DNA of 64,000 nucleotides from Atractiella rhizophila (lineage: Eukaryota). Where the stretch lies: positions 1 through 64,000 of the forward strand of contig MU271284.1 in assembly GCA_021432655.1 (NCBI GenBank), written 5' to 3'. The notes under the pieces were generated by a model. It worked only from the letters and a program-made list of their open reading frames with translations, did no database searches and was not told the DNA's origin. This document shows, one piece after another, positions 1 to 12,627 of the stretch (position 1 is its first letter; each line of letters starts with the position of its first letter). Made by a program: the position numbers and the translations under genes.

Positions 1-385
1 CGTGGTGTTTGGAACTGTTCTGTCCAAGCCTTGTTTTTGATTTGGGAATGACGTTTGCAGCTACTTCGCTCTCAGACTGCTGACCGTCGGTCCCCAAAGC
101 CTCCGAGTCGGACAGTGAACCTTTTGCTCTCTTTTTAGGGCGAGATTCTGTGTCATCCCAACCATGCGTGCGCTTCTTCGTCGTTTTAATTTCGCCCTGA
201 GCTGTTTTGCGGACACAAGGAGATTTAAACACTCTGGTGGTATTCTCAACACGGAAGGAGAAGACACACTGGTTCTTTTTGGGATTTGACGCGTTCTGGC
301 CATCACGAGACTCCGTTCCTCTCACTTTCAGTCTCCTGAGCCAGGCTGAGCTGCAGTGGAGCACAGTCGGCAATTTCTTGCAGCA
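1..385 (-). CDS. Possible exon of an unknown gene running off the left edge
   Basis: Stop-free minus frame (CKKLPTVLHC...KKRTHGWDDTESRPKKRAKGSLSDSE...KHH) from about 385 to position 1, basic and low-complexity. No start codon or recognisable domain. Confidence 0.25.
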
Positions 386-1702
386 TAAGGTTTATATAAT
401 TTGAAAAGGGAACAACCTTGAAACAAGGGGAACTCTATGTTGCTTTGCTAGAACCTCCGTACACTTCCTAGTTCTATCCTTTGCAGCTCAAGCGTCTCTT
501 CGACAGACACCTAGCATAGCAAGGAGGTTGTTTATAGGATTATCCCTCTGACGCGAAGAACGTCAGAATGCATCCATGTCATGGTGACCAAGTTGTCGCC
601 GACGAGACGGATACGGATAGGAGGGGACGAGGATAGAGGAAAGAATGGTGCGCAGTAGTAGGCTGAGATGTTTGTTTAAATGTTGTTAGTGAGATGTTTT
701 GTATGGATCCGCTTTTCAAACCTCAGTAAGAATTCGGACGAAGTGATAACAGCTCTGGTTCTCCTTGCTGCTGTGGCTCTAAGCCAGTGTTGACGCTCTG
801 GCTGAGAACTTCTAGAGGCTCACGTTCTCCTTCGTGTTAATACACAAGAATGAAGATGTGTGCATTACAAAGTCAAAACCTTTTTTGTTCCTTAGCCGCT
901 TTCAATCCGGTTTGAGTAGAAGGAAAGTGATGCAGCTTGCTTCGAGTCTTCGAGTCCCTGCGTGTAGGAAACGGCGTATTGTCAAGGTTGTTACATACAA
1001 TTTTGCGTAATCTGACTGTTGTGTGAACAAGTTCCCCATTATTTATTCTCGAATGCGCCCACGATTCTCAAAGTGACATCAAGAGACCGACATGTTGAAG
1101 TTGAAATGTGCGCCAGGCGGCCGATAGCAAGGTGTTGGTGAATCAATATCGGACCAAATCGCAATAATTATGAACCTTCAACTAAGGCCCCACTTTGTCA
1201 GTGTCTTTCAATTAGGCTTTGCCCCGTGAGCAAAATGTGAGCATTCAGAATAGTCAGATTACTCAATTACTCAAATTCTCCATCCAGTTCTTTCAAATCT
1301 GCCCTCAGTTGGCGAATGACATTCTAAATCTTCCACAAACCATTACCTTCTACTTCAATATGTACTTTTCCTCCTCACGAGCGGACGCATGGGTCAATGC
1401 TAGACCTACTGCGAGGAGATACGCAGGAGTACGGAGGTTCTCCACCGCTTCTCTCCTGTGTCTGCAGCGCCTGCAACGCTCATACTCAGCCGTGGGTTAT
1501 GTCTCAGAGCAACGTCTCCTTCAATGCCAATCTGCATGGACCAGTTCACATTTATTGAGGAAGCGGGGTTCACGAGATGTGTACGATGCCCTACTTTAAG
1601 ATACAACAGATTGTTTTGCTTTCGATCCTCAGTTCCTTGACACACTTAAAGGCAGGTTAGACGTGAGACTTCTCGCGGAGTTTTCGTTCACACGTTGTAA
1701 AG

Positions 1703-4553
1703 ATGAGCTACCCCCTCAGCTACACTCACACTGAACCAGAAACGGAAAAGGAAAAGGAAACGATACTGGGAATTACTAAGTTGGAGTGAGCTCTTCAAAA
1801 TTGTCGCTAGATACCGTTACTGAAGCCTAGCAGTCTGAACTTGCGACACGACCGGTTCCATCGCTCTCTTCACCTGTCCAACAACCCTTTCATTGATCCT
1901 GAGAAGAAAGAGTTGTTCCAAGACTACAAGTTTGTTCGACACCCTCTTCTTGACTTTCGATTTACTTTTTGCAGCCAACCTGAGGCAACACATTTTCGAA
2001 GTATTGCGGGTGGTCTCCAAACAGGGGAGCCAGAACCGTCCACGTCGACAATCGAGAAAGAAGAGGACCAAGACGCACCGTCAGCACCAGACGAGGAATG
2101 GCTCGGTGTGTTTTCTCTAGGTTAGAGTTACACCCATTCACTGTTGCCTAGATGGTCTGACCGATTTGTTCTTCGTAAGCGGGATGTTGCATTATCAAGC
2201 ACTCCTCATCGCGTACCAGGTCGGAGCCCTTGCCACATTCAATGAGGATCACGAGCTTTCAACAAAAGCGCAACTCGTTAACTTTGCTGGCTACTTCCTG
2301 GTCATTTGGTGGATTTGGGTCTCCCAAATATTGCTTGATCTGAAATTTCAAACGTCGGACGGCTTTACTAGGTTCATTAAGATCTACCAGGTCCTGTCAT
2401 ATTCGAAATCATTTCCTCCTTTCCACTGACCACTTTCCTTGTACAGCTCCTCATCTTCGCCACTCTGGGTTCCTATAGCGCCAAGATGGATATCACCTTC
2501 CCCCTAGCTGAAGTCGGTCTTTGCTCGTTTACAAAAGCTATCTAACTATCAATGCAGGGTTTCACTAGCGAGCAAATGCTGGCAACTGGATGGTTCAGCC
2601 AGGAAGAAGCAAACGTCTTGCCGATTTTTAATGACAAGGACACGAAATCTGCTCTGCAAGCTTTCGCCGTTGTCTACATCATTTCTCGGGTTGTGCTTGT
2701 CCTCCAGTACATTCGTCGTAGGTGACCATCAGCATGCATGGGAAGACTTGTGACATAGGTGAAGTACAACTTTACATCAGTTACGGAAAACAGCCGATTT
2801 CCACTCGACAATTTCGCACGCCAATCTTTTTTCCCATTCTGTCCGGCACTATCTCTGCAATTGCATGGGCTGTTGGATATGTTCTACTTACAAGACACCC
2901 CAGTTCAAACGGCCTTGCCATCACTAGGCTCGTTCTTTGGTTCGGCGGCATCGGTGTAGAGCTCGCAGCGGAGGCCATGGTCACGCTTGTGAAAGGTTAT
3001 ATCAAGTTCAGGAGAACTCAGTTGGGAACGAGGGTGGGACTGTTCACACTCATCATTCTCGGTAAGACCACGACTATGCGACTGTACTGTACCTGATTTA
3101 ACTAGGCGAATCCATCATATCCATTGTTCAAGTAGGCAAATTTCTTGTCGGAGGTTCTGGGTACAGCGTTAGGACGTACATCCAGCTGTTGTGCTCCTTT
3201 CTCGTCATCTACTGCGTCTGGTATGCATCTTGGTTGTTTTCACAATCGATTGTCATCATTTTTAGGGCAATTTATTTTGACGGATTCGCCAAAAAAATAG
3301 ATGGAGGTCGTCTCAGAACTATCTGGTGGTTGTATGCGCATTACTTTGTGCAGCTGTGCATTGTTTTCTTGTTCGTTTCAAGCCTGCTGAGTTCCACGTT
3401 GTCCTAATAATCCTGAATCTAGGTTCGCCAGTATAGCTGGCTGCCTCAACTTCCTGGTCAGCACCAGTAAGCTTGTGTTCTCATCTGACACTGGTGTATT
3501 GGTGGTCAGAATGCGGCAGACGTTGCCAACAGGCTGCAGATCATCGTTTACAATCAAACTCTCAACTTTATCCTCGACCATGATATCAAAAACTTACTCT
3601 ACCATCCTGCTCCTGGCCTCCTTTTCAACATCGAGGACGAGAACAACAAAGAAATCATCAACTTTATGAATGAGTACGTGAGCGATTATAGCTGGTTCGT
3701 CTCACCCTCTTTTCCCACGAGCCTCCTAATTTGTGAAGGCTGGGTTTCGTAAGTTTTCCTTTGTTGGCTGAGGAATCGACTCGAAGTTGTTTCAGCTCTC
3801 AGAGGCAAATACCACGTTCTACCAAGTTTTGGCCCAGAATGGATTCAATGGAAGTCAGCAGGACCTGTTGAATCAAGCGAACCGGGCTATTCTCTCTGAG
3901 GAATACAAACTCGATATCGCAATTATTATCGGAGAGTTTAAAGAGTTCAGGATTAATTTGGACGAAGAAACAATCTATACGGGCCGGGGCTTCACGATTT
4001 CGGATTTTGTTTCCTTTGGTAGGTAGTCCTCATTTCATGACTTCATCTAGAAGTTACTGACTCTGAACATAAGATAATTACTGGGATTGGATTGCCCAAG
4101 TCTCCACCGACGCTTTGAAACCTTCTCTGTTCCTCCTTCCAGCGGCTGGTGGATTCTTGATTTCTATTGTCGCTCTCCGCTTGAATACGCGCTTGCCAAA
4201 AGGTGAGCTCCGCATTTTGCGAAAAGACAGTACAGGGTCGCTCACACGGGCTCAAAAAGACATGTGGGATTACGTCTCACTTGCAATCATCTCCGTCTTT
4301 GGGGTTGTGTTCCTGTTCTTTGCACTATTTTCTATAGGACATCAGCACATTAGGGAAGACGGGATCTACCCCTTGATACCCTATAAATTGGTCGTAGCGG
4401 AATGGTTGAGTGCGTCCTAGTGTCTCCATCCTTTCACCGCTAACCTCCAAATATACAGTCCCGACCGTCCTCATCATCTTTGCGACGATCGTCATCAGCG
4501 AGCAAGTGTTACTCTTTTTCGTCCGACGCGCTTACGTGAAACAAGAGAAATGA
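1703..4553 (+). CDS. Multi-pass membrane protein, LtrA (low temperature requirement A)-like, highly spliced
   Basis: Spliced reading gives EEWLDGLTDLFFVGALATF, FLVIWWIWVSQ and RVGLFTLIILGESII, which resemble LtrA-family motifs. Many hydrophobic segments and more than 15 short GT-AG introns. ATG at 1703, TGA at 4551-4553. Confidence 0.7.
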
Positions 4554-4806
4554 ACAGTTTGAGATTCTTGTCATGAAGCTTTCAGGCTTAATTTTGACGG
4601 TGCATGTGAGAGCTCCGCGCACGCTCCACAGCTCTTTGATCATTTGTTACAATACTAGCAGCTCATACCAAATGCACAAGCGAGCTTTGAGTGGAAATGC
4701 AATGACACTGTGACTGTCGCATTTGATGCTGACAAGCCGTCATGACTCGGAACCTCTTCAACTACTCTAACTGAACACGCAGCCGAAAAAATGCCAATGG
4801 AAGGCC

Positions 4807-5332
4807 ATGGCTCCATCATTACCTACTGAACTTCTCCATGAAATACGATTGCGTGATGTTTTGCTACAGCAGGATTCCACAGAACAGAGTTGTTCCTGAA
4901 GCTATTGCGAAGTTCACGTCCCTATGAATTTTACGATTTCTCGCGCTTAGGTACGATTTCACCAAGGAAGATTGGTTAAAGCTTCTCCAAAATCTCATGC
5001 ACTCCAGCATCCACCACTTGTCAGCTTTTGGCTACCTTTCCGACATACCAAACCACTTCCGGAAGATGTACTCGAATGCATAGACTTCTCCCAGCTTCTT
5101 TGCGGAGTCTCGAACTGGAATTTACCACAGTGTGTCAAGCACAAGTCATTCGGCGATTTTCAACAAGTCTCAGGATGCCCAATGTGCACTTGATCATGTT
5201 GAGAAATTGTTTCTTCCAATCGGAATGGCGGAGGAGTTAGTTGCTGAATGGAAGGAGCAGCAAAATTGCGCCATAGTACTAACAGAAAGGAAGATCAGGA
5301 AAGACGATTTCGTTTGGTATGTCACATTCTAG
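4807..5332 (+). pseudogene. Degenerate F-box/LRR-like gene relic
   Basis: MAPSLPTELLHEI (F-box-like start) at 4807, then a frame change and an LRR-like IAKFTSL*ILRF with in-frame TGA (4925-4927) and a later TAG. Confidence 0.45.
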
Positions 5333-5816
5333 AGTGTAAACATTGTGAGCGGAAGCTATTTGTTAGAAATCACAGAATCTGGACTGGAACAACATATGTA
5401 TGTCAGAATGGAGGCTTTTGGCCCACAAGCTTACAGTACTTGTAATGTGAAGACTGTTTTGCATGTTTTCAGGTCACACTGTTCACATTCTGGCGATCCA
5501 GCTGGTATGAAAGTATGAAATGAACTGAATTGAAGGCATCAATGTGTAAACTCACGAGAGTCTCCTCCTCAAGCTCATAACCCTGTTCTTTGAGTTGCTC
5601 TTCTTCATACACTGTACATGTGAAGAAGACGCTTGCCCTGGAAAGATCCGGAAGGAAGGCTTGCTCCTTCTCCGGCCACGTCGGCACGTTGTCGCACCAA
5701 ACCAAACGACCACAACGAAAAGACTCACTTCCCCAACGCTTGTTGTAAGTTTTTTTTCCTTGATATTTAGCATGGGAGAGTAGTAATGAGGAGTTCGTAG
5801 CATAGAACCTTTAGCT

Positions 5817-6964
5817 ATGGCTCAACCGTGCGTTTTCTGCATTTTTTTCTGGCGAGTTCAGGAGGTGAAGTTTGAATCTTGGTATGGTGTGGGTTTGTAG
5901 AGTCCCTCCTGCCTGGAAAGATATCGGAAAGAGCGCTTCCGACCTCCTTGGAAAGGATTACTACATCTCGTCAACCTCTCTCGAGGTCAAGACTACCGCT
6001 CCTAATGGAGTTGTCTTCAAAGTTGCGGGTCAGAAGGACAACAAGTCCCAAGCTATCTCTGGTGACCTCGAAGCCAAGGTACGTGCTTACGTTCTCAAAA
6101 TGGGCCGAGAAGGAGAACGGTGTTGATTTCGCGCTTTATGGCTTTGGTGAGAGTAGTACTTCGATCCCAAACACGGCTTCACCTTCACCCAAGGATGGAC
6201 CACCTCCAATGTGATCAAGAACCAGTTCGAGATCGAGAACCAGATTGCGAAGGGTCTCAAGTTCGACCTAGCAACTACTTTCCTTCCCCACAACAACGCT
6301 AAGAGCGCCATTTTCTCGAGCGTCTACAAGCAAAGCGGAGTCAACGCTAAGGTCGCCATGGACCTCTTCCGTGGACCCACGTTCAACGTTGAAACTGTAG
6401 GTCTTTTTGATCTGTGCAAATACTTCTACTCAGGCGATGTTAAATGGTTGTCTTCCTAGGTTGCTGGCCGCGACGGTTTCCACGTTGGAGCTGAGGCTTC
6501 TTACGCTCTTCCTGCTGCCTCAATCACCCGGTACTCCGCTGCCGTTGGATACTCTGCGGCGGACTACACCATTGCGCTCCACGGGCTCTCGAACCTTTCT
6601 CTCTTCTCTGCTTCCTACTACCACCGCGTCAACAGGGACGTAGAGGCTGGTGCTAAGGCAGTTTGGGACTCAAAGTCCACCGTTGGAGGAGTCGCCATGG
6701 AAGTCGGATGCAAGACTTATCTTGACGTATGCTCACATTCATTGTTCTTCCATGAAGGTGTTAATGGGCAAATAGAACTCTGCCTTCGTCAAGGCTAAAA
6801 TCAACAACTCAGGCCTTGTCTGCCTCGGCTACACCCAAGCCTTAAGGCCTGGCGTCAAGGCTTCCTTTGGTGTCGCCATCGATACCCAGAAGCTCAATGG
6901 CGTCGATGCTACCGGCAGCGCGGCTCACAAGGTCGGAGCCCAGTTTGTTTTCGAGGGAAAGTAA
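5817..6964 (+). CDS. POR1: Mitochondrial outer-membrane porin (VDAC)
   Basis: MAQP|VPPAWKDIGKSASDLLGKDY, SLEVKTTAPNGVVFKV, YYHRVN, FVKAKINNSGLVCLGYTQALRPGVK and AHKVG are VDAC hallmarks. Four introns, TAA at 6962-6964. Confidence 0.95.
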
Positions 6965-7743
6965 ATCAGTATCTGCCAGAAGGGACTGTTAAGCATTGAT
7001 GAGAGTGGCGTGGTGGGAGTTGGATGTAGACACAAGCTAGTCCGTAACCGTAATATACCTCCCCATTCAATCCCTTCAATTACGACGTGTCCAATCAATG
7101 AGTATCACATTTTTCAAAGTTGAAGCAAAAGACATTCTACTCGTTGTAAATGATATTTGCTACAGCGAAGAGCTGAGCAATTAGCATTAAGAGAACATCT
7201 AGTTTTCTGATTTTATATTTTTGTTAGTGGGAAAGGGGATTGAAAGCACATTGTATAGTTTCCTAACCTCCTCCACGTGCGCCGGGCTGCAATATCATAT
7301 GTCGAGTCACACAAGAGGCTCTGATTGACCTAAGTATGCCGGTAGGATGAATGTTGATGGTAGAATTCAGGAGCTTGCAATAATTTCCCCAGAACCCTCT
7401 TGAACTCTTGAACTTCTGTAAAAAAGGACAGAAAATCTACTCCCCTGCACCCAGAAAAGGAAAAATGAACATGAAAACGAGTAAGTGCCAGATGGAAGGA
7501 TTTGTAACCATCTCAGGGCTTCAAGTGAAGTTGACAACCGTGGTATCGAGGAAGAGCACAAATAAAGTCATAGAGATGATCAATATTTGCAATCTAGAGC
7601 GCCATTTTTCTGTGTGCGATTTCGAATTGTGTTATGAATACTTGAATCGATAAATTTGTACATTATTACTTCAAGCGGGGTAGAACACACAATTCCCGTA
7701 ACGTGACAAAGAAAAAGGCTGATGTTCTACTTCGAAACTGTCT

Positions 7744-8264
7744 CTACTTGCCCGGTTGTCTTTCATAAGCGTTCCTATTATCACTGCTGTCCCCATTCTC
7801 CGCTCCATTTCCTTCTCCTTTCTCACGGTCGCGGTCGTGGTCATGATTGCACTTATGATGTCGATGCTTCCGTACGCCTCGTGCAGCCTTTCCTTTCCCC
7901 TCTCCTCCAGATCCGCCCTCCACATTTTCTCCATCAGAGCTTTCGTCAGATGATGACTCTCCAGACGACGACTCGTCAAAAGCGCGTGGTTTGTGGTAAA
8001 TGCAACAGACTTCGCCAATAAAACGCCACATTAGCTATTCGTCTCTTGCAGTTGCGATGAGGAGCTGTACGCACTCTTTGACTTCTTCTTTCCCATTCCC
8101 TCGTTGTCGACGACCTCTTCGCCCCATGTTATCCGCCGATTAGACACTGGTCCTCCGCGCAGTCGAATGATCTGTGGTGAACTGGAGGACGGTTCGGGCG
8201 GCGGCGCAGGTGTTTCAGTAAGTGAGCCATTCGTGGCTGCCTGAGGTTCAGTTTGACGAAGCAT
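7744..8264 (-). CDS. YPI1: PP1 regulator Ypi1 / Inhibitor-3 (PPP1R11)
   Basis: RRITWGEEVVDNEGMGKKKSK|VCCIYHKPRAFDESSS (RVxW-type PP1 docking motif plus CCIYHK) and C-terminal NAYERQP. One intron. Confidence 0.92.
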
Positions 8265-8347
8265 GCTTCTGCAGTTTCTAGTTATCTTCGTTGTCTTGTC
8301 ACTGTCACTTCTATTGTTCCTGCTTGTTTCGCTTGCGACTGAGTGTA

Positions 8348-8356
8348 TCACGTGAC
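8348..8356. promoter_or_regulatory. TCACGTGAC E-box (bHLH/Cbf1-type) in a very short divergent promoter
   Basis: ATCACGTGAC lies between the YPI1 ATG (8264, minus) and the importin ATG (8442, plus). Confidence 0.35.
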
Positions 8357-8441
8357 TTGGGATAAGTAGACAATTTTTTGGAATGACCATCTCGGGCGTA
8401 TTTTGATAGTTACTCTGGTTGGAGGGCGAAGACGCGAAGAA

Positions 8442-11400
8442 ATGGATATTCAGACACTTTACAACTGCTTAGGAGCGTCCTATCACCATGACATAACGAT
8501 TCGATCGCAGGCGGAGCAACAGTTGAAAGCTGTCGGTCTTCCTCTCCCGCCTAACAGATCCAGCTTTTGAAATAATGGCCTCCCGTTGTAATGTGTGCAG
8601 GTAGAATCACAGCCAGGATTTATCCCAGTCCTTGTTCAGTTAATCGGCACGCCAGATTCAGACGAATCGATCAAGCTCTCTGCTTCTATCTACCTCAAGA
8701 ACTCCGTCCAGAATCGCTGGGTCGAGCCTTACGCCGGCACGACTTATGCTTCGAAACCATGGGTACCCATACCAGATCAAGACAAGCAGTTCTTGAAGGA
8801 CCACATCCTTGAGCTCCTTGTTAACGCGCCGGCTCGGATCCTTGTTCAGCTCAGAAGCATTCTAGGGAAGATCACGGATCACGATTTTCCTAGCAATTGG
8901 GAGGGTTATGGAGACAAAGTAGTCGCGTTGGCGACTCAAAGCGAGAGTAGGGAGAGGACGGAAGCGGGTCTTGTTGCCTTGGTTGAGCTATACAAGGTCT
9001 ATCGGTACGCGATTTCTTCTTCTCTCTCGCATTTGGGTGTTTGGCTCCTTCTCTCATGCATTGCTGCGATATAACGATGCTGCAACCTGCTTGTAAATTT
9101 TGTTCGCAAACGCGTGCAAAGCGGCGCGGACATTTGCCATCATGCACGAGATCCGATGCTAACTTCTACTCGCTACAACAGGTGGAACGACAAAAAACCT
9201 CGTGAAGCCCCTTACCTCGTCTCATCCGTTGTCTTCCCCGCTCTTCTCCAGTTAGGAACGCGAATCCTCTCGCAACCGTTATCACCAGCGGACCTCCATA
9301 CGCTCTACTTAGTCATGAAGGTGTATAAGACATCAATCCTGATCGATCTTTCGCCTTCCCAACAAGCGGATGAATCCATCATTCCCTGGGTGAGCTTCAT
9401 TCTTAGTCTGGTCATGAAGGAGCAAAGCGCGGAACAGAAGAAAGAGGAGGAGGACTTGGAAAACGACATGAAGGCAAAGAGCATGTGGTGGAAGATGAAG
9501 AAATGGGCATTTTTCTCCGTACGTTACCTGTTCCCCCTCCCCGCCTGACACGTATGAATCAGACTTTATTCTTAGCTCAATCGCCTCTGGGCACGGTTTG
9601 GAAGACCGTCATCGTTGCGAGATGAGAAGAGGATGCAAGAATACCTCGCATTCGCTGACAAATTTGAGCGGAACCTCGCACCTCAGATCCTCACCAGTTA
9701 TCTGAGGCAGATCGAAATCATCATCACCACAAAGGCCTACTATCCACCTAAGTGTATTAATCACATCCTGAGTTTCATTGACGATTGGTATGTACCCTTC
9801 CCTTTCTTCCTTTCTGGAGCTCTTTACCCATGTTGCGCCGCGTGGGTCCCGAATAGCATAAAACCGAAGGTTACTTGGGACATCCTACAACCGCACATTC
9901 AGCCCTTGTTATCTCAATTCGTCTTTCCTCTCCTCAACCAAACCGAGGAGGAACTAGAGGAGTTCAAAGATGACCCCATCGAATATTCCCGCTCGCATTA
10001 TGCTGGTCTGTCACCCCCCCTTGTCTCTCTCGATGCTAGACTTGACCGATGTTACAGAGTTTGTCGAAGAGTATTTTGAGAGTCCAGAAAGCGGAGCAAC
10101 GAGTGTTATCCTATCTTTAGCGGAGGGGAGGAAGAAGTCAACACTCGTACCCATGCTTCATCAGATCAACGAGATTGTCTCAAAGTTCGTTCTCATCATC
10201 CTTCAAGGTTCTCAATTCAAAGCTTGTTCTAGATACCCAGCTGTGACCACTCCGATACAGAAGGATGGCGCCATGCGCATACTCGGCATTCTCTCTTCAG
10301 TTTTACGAAAGACCGTCAGCTTCTCCTTTTCGATCATGAGATAACATTGAGGTGACGTGTGCAGAAAATCATGGATATGATACCCACCTTCATGACCAAC
10401 TACGTGTACCCAGAACTCGAGAGCCCTCACGGCTTCCTCCGGGCAAGGGCGTGTGACTTGGTGAAACAGTTTGAAGAAGCTGAGATTTCACTGACGGAGG
10501 AGGTTAGTTCAGTTTTGCTAGGTCATAGCATTTGGATCTGACCAGAATGCCAGACTCTGAAGTCGCAAGTACGATTGATGCTTAAAGCTTTGGAGGATCC
10601 GGAGATACCAGTGAGAGTTTGTGCTTTCATGGCTCTTCCAGAACTAGTAGGATATGAGGAAGGTAGGCTGTCAACTCGATGCTTCCCCTTGAGAAGCTAA
10701 CCAAATTTGTAGTGGCCGACGCTCTGGCGCCGAATTGTGGCAAGATTCTTCAAGATCTGCTTAACCTTTCGGATCAACTGGATATCGATGCGTTGACACA
10801 AACCAGTCGGTCGCTTGTCTCCCAATTCTCGGAACAAATACATCCTTTCGCAGTCCAACTCTCTCAGCAGACGGTAAAGCATTGTTCTTGCCCCGATTCA
10901 CTGGCTGACCGTGTGACAGGCTGCATCTTACCTGCGGATCATGCATGAGCAAATGGAAGTACGGAATCGAGTTGGACGGGAGAGGTATGAGGAGGACTTC
11001 GATCCTTCTGGAGAAGAGAAGACCCTTGTCGCCATGAGTCTGCTCAAGACGATGGAGCAACTTGTTCTTGCCATGGAACAGCGGCCAGACCTACTCCCAG
11101 CGCTGGAAGACGCGATCGTTCCTTGCATCTCCTTCACCATCGTCAATGACTTCTATGGTGCCGCTTCGTTTCATCTTTTGAACTCCGCTAATGTTATCAT
11201 TTAACTGGAGCAGAGCTTTACCGAGAAGTTTTTGAGTTGACCGACTCTATGAGCTTTTCTCAACGCTCAATATCGCCTACGCTGTGGTCTGTCTTCGAAG
11301 GTATGCACCAGTGCTTCATGAAGGGAGGAGCCGACTATTTCGACGGTATGTAGCTATAAAATGCCTGACAATTGGCTGACTGCGATCCAGAAATGTTGGG

Positions 11401-12560
11401 GACGATTGACAACTTCGTCACATATGGACAAAGCACTTTCGCAACTACGCCCAAATATCGGCAGATGATCGTAGAGATGTTCAATCATGCCACTACCTCG
11501 GCTGGATTGGGAGCTCACGATCATTGCCTCGCTTGCAAGATGGCGCAGTCTGCTCTACTGAATCTCAAAGGCAGCTTTGACGAGGTGAGTCTTCCCCCAG
11601 TCTGTAGCTTGTGGCTGACTTCGTCTAGGGGCTTGAACCTTTCGTTTCACGTGCTATGAGCTTTTTGCTAGATCCTAAGAAACTAGGCGACCTACACCTG
11701 CCACTCCAGCTTCATTCCATCCTCCTCATCGCTCACGCCATGTACTACAATCCAGTAGCCACGCTTTCGATTCTGGAGGCGAACGGATGGACAACAAATT
11801 TCTTCAGCCAATGGTTCACGCATCGATCCGAACTCACTCGCGTGTATGATCGTAAAATCTCCCTGCTTGCGCTCTGTGCCGTCCTGCAATCCTTACCTTC
11901 GCTTCCTCAATCGATACAAGACGTTGTTCGCGACATCGTTGCTGGCACTCTAGCGTTCTTCGATGGTTTACCAGAGGCGATTGAAAGTACGTCTGTCCAT
12001 GCTCGATGAAAATTGACGTTCATCCCAAGTTAGCCAAAGAAAACCAAGAGACAGCATTCAATTCAAGCGACGGAGACGCACCAAATTACGGAGCCATGGG
12101 AGGAGGTAAGTTGTTTTGACAGTAGTATATGAGTAACATGACTCTACGTAGACGAAGAGGAGGACTACTTCGATGTGGATCCTTTGACAGAAATCGTTCG
12201 ACGGCAGGTATGGGCTCCGATTTTCCCGCTCAAGACATCTTTGACATCAATCTAGATGGCTAAGGAACGGCAGGCTGAAGAGGATGACACATCAGAAGCA
12301 TGGACTGAAGAAGTACTTTTTGAGACACCATTAGATAACCTGGATTCTTACGTTATCTTTGTTCAAGTGATGAGGGGTGCGTGCTTCGGTTCGCTACGTG
12401 TTTAAACTCAGGCCTCTCCTTAGGTTTGGAAGCTTCCAGACCAGATCTGTCCCAAAAAGCGACGACAGACCTTAGCACCGAACAGAGAACTCTGTTGGAG
12501 CACATCATGCAGCGAGCATCAGGAGGAGGAGAGAAGGCTAGATTCGTACAGATCTCATAA
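8442..12560 (+). CDS. Importin-beta family karyopherin, importin-7/8 (Nmd5/Sxm1)-like
   Basis: IBN_N-like start (IRSQAEQQLK, LSASIYLKNSVQNRW), DHDFPSNW, WWKMKKWA, KDGAMRILG, FLRARAC, RVYDRKISLLAL and an acidic C-terminal region. Many short introns, TAA at 12558-12560. Confidence 0.88.
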
Positions 12561-12627
12561 TCTGAGTTTGGATGGCTGGGAGGGATGCAAGAGCTGGATG
12601 GATGGATGCGATACAAGATGTGACATG

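Noticed and set aside
5469..5705. Acidic minus-strand fragment with a GTGAGT donor
   Set aside because: Short, with no start or domain. It may be a relic but cannot be supported as a gene.
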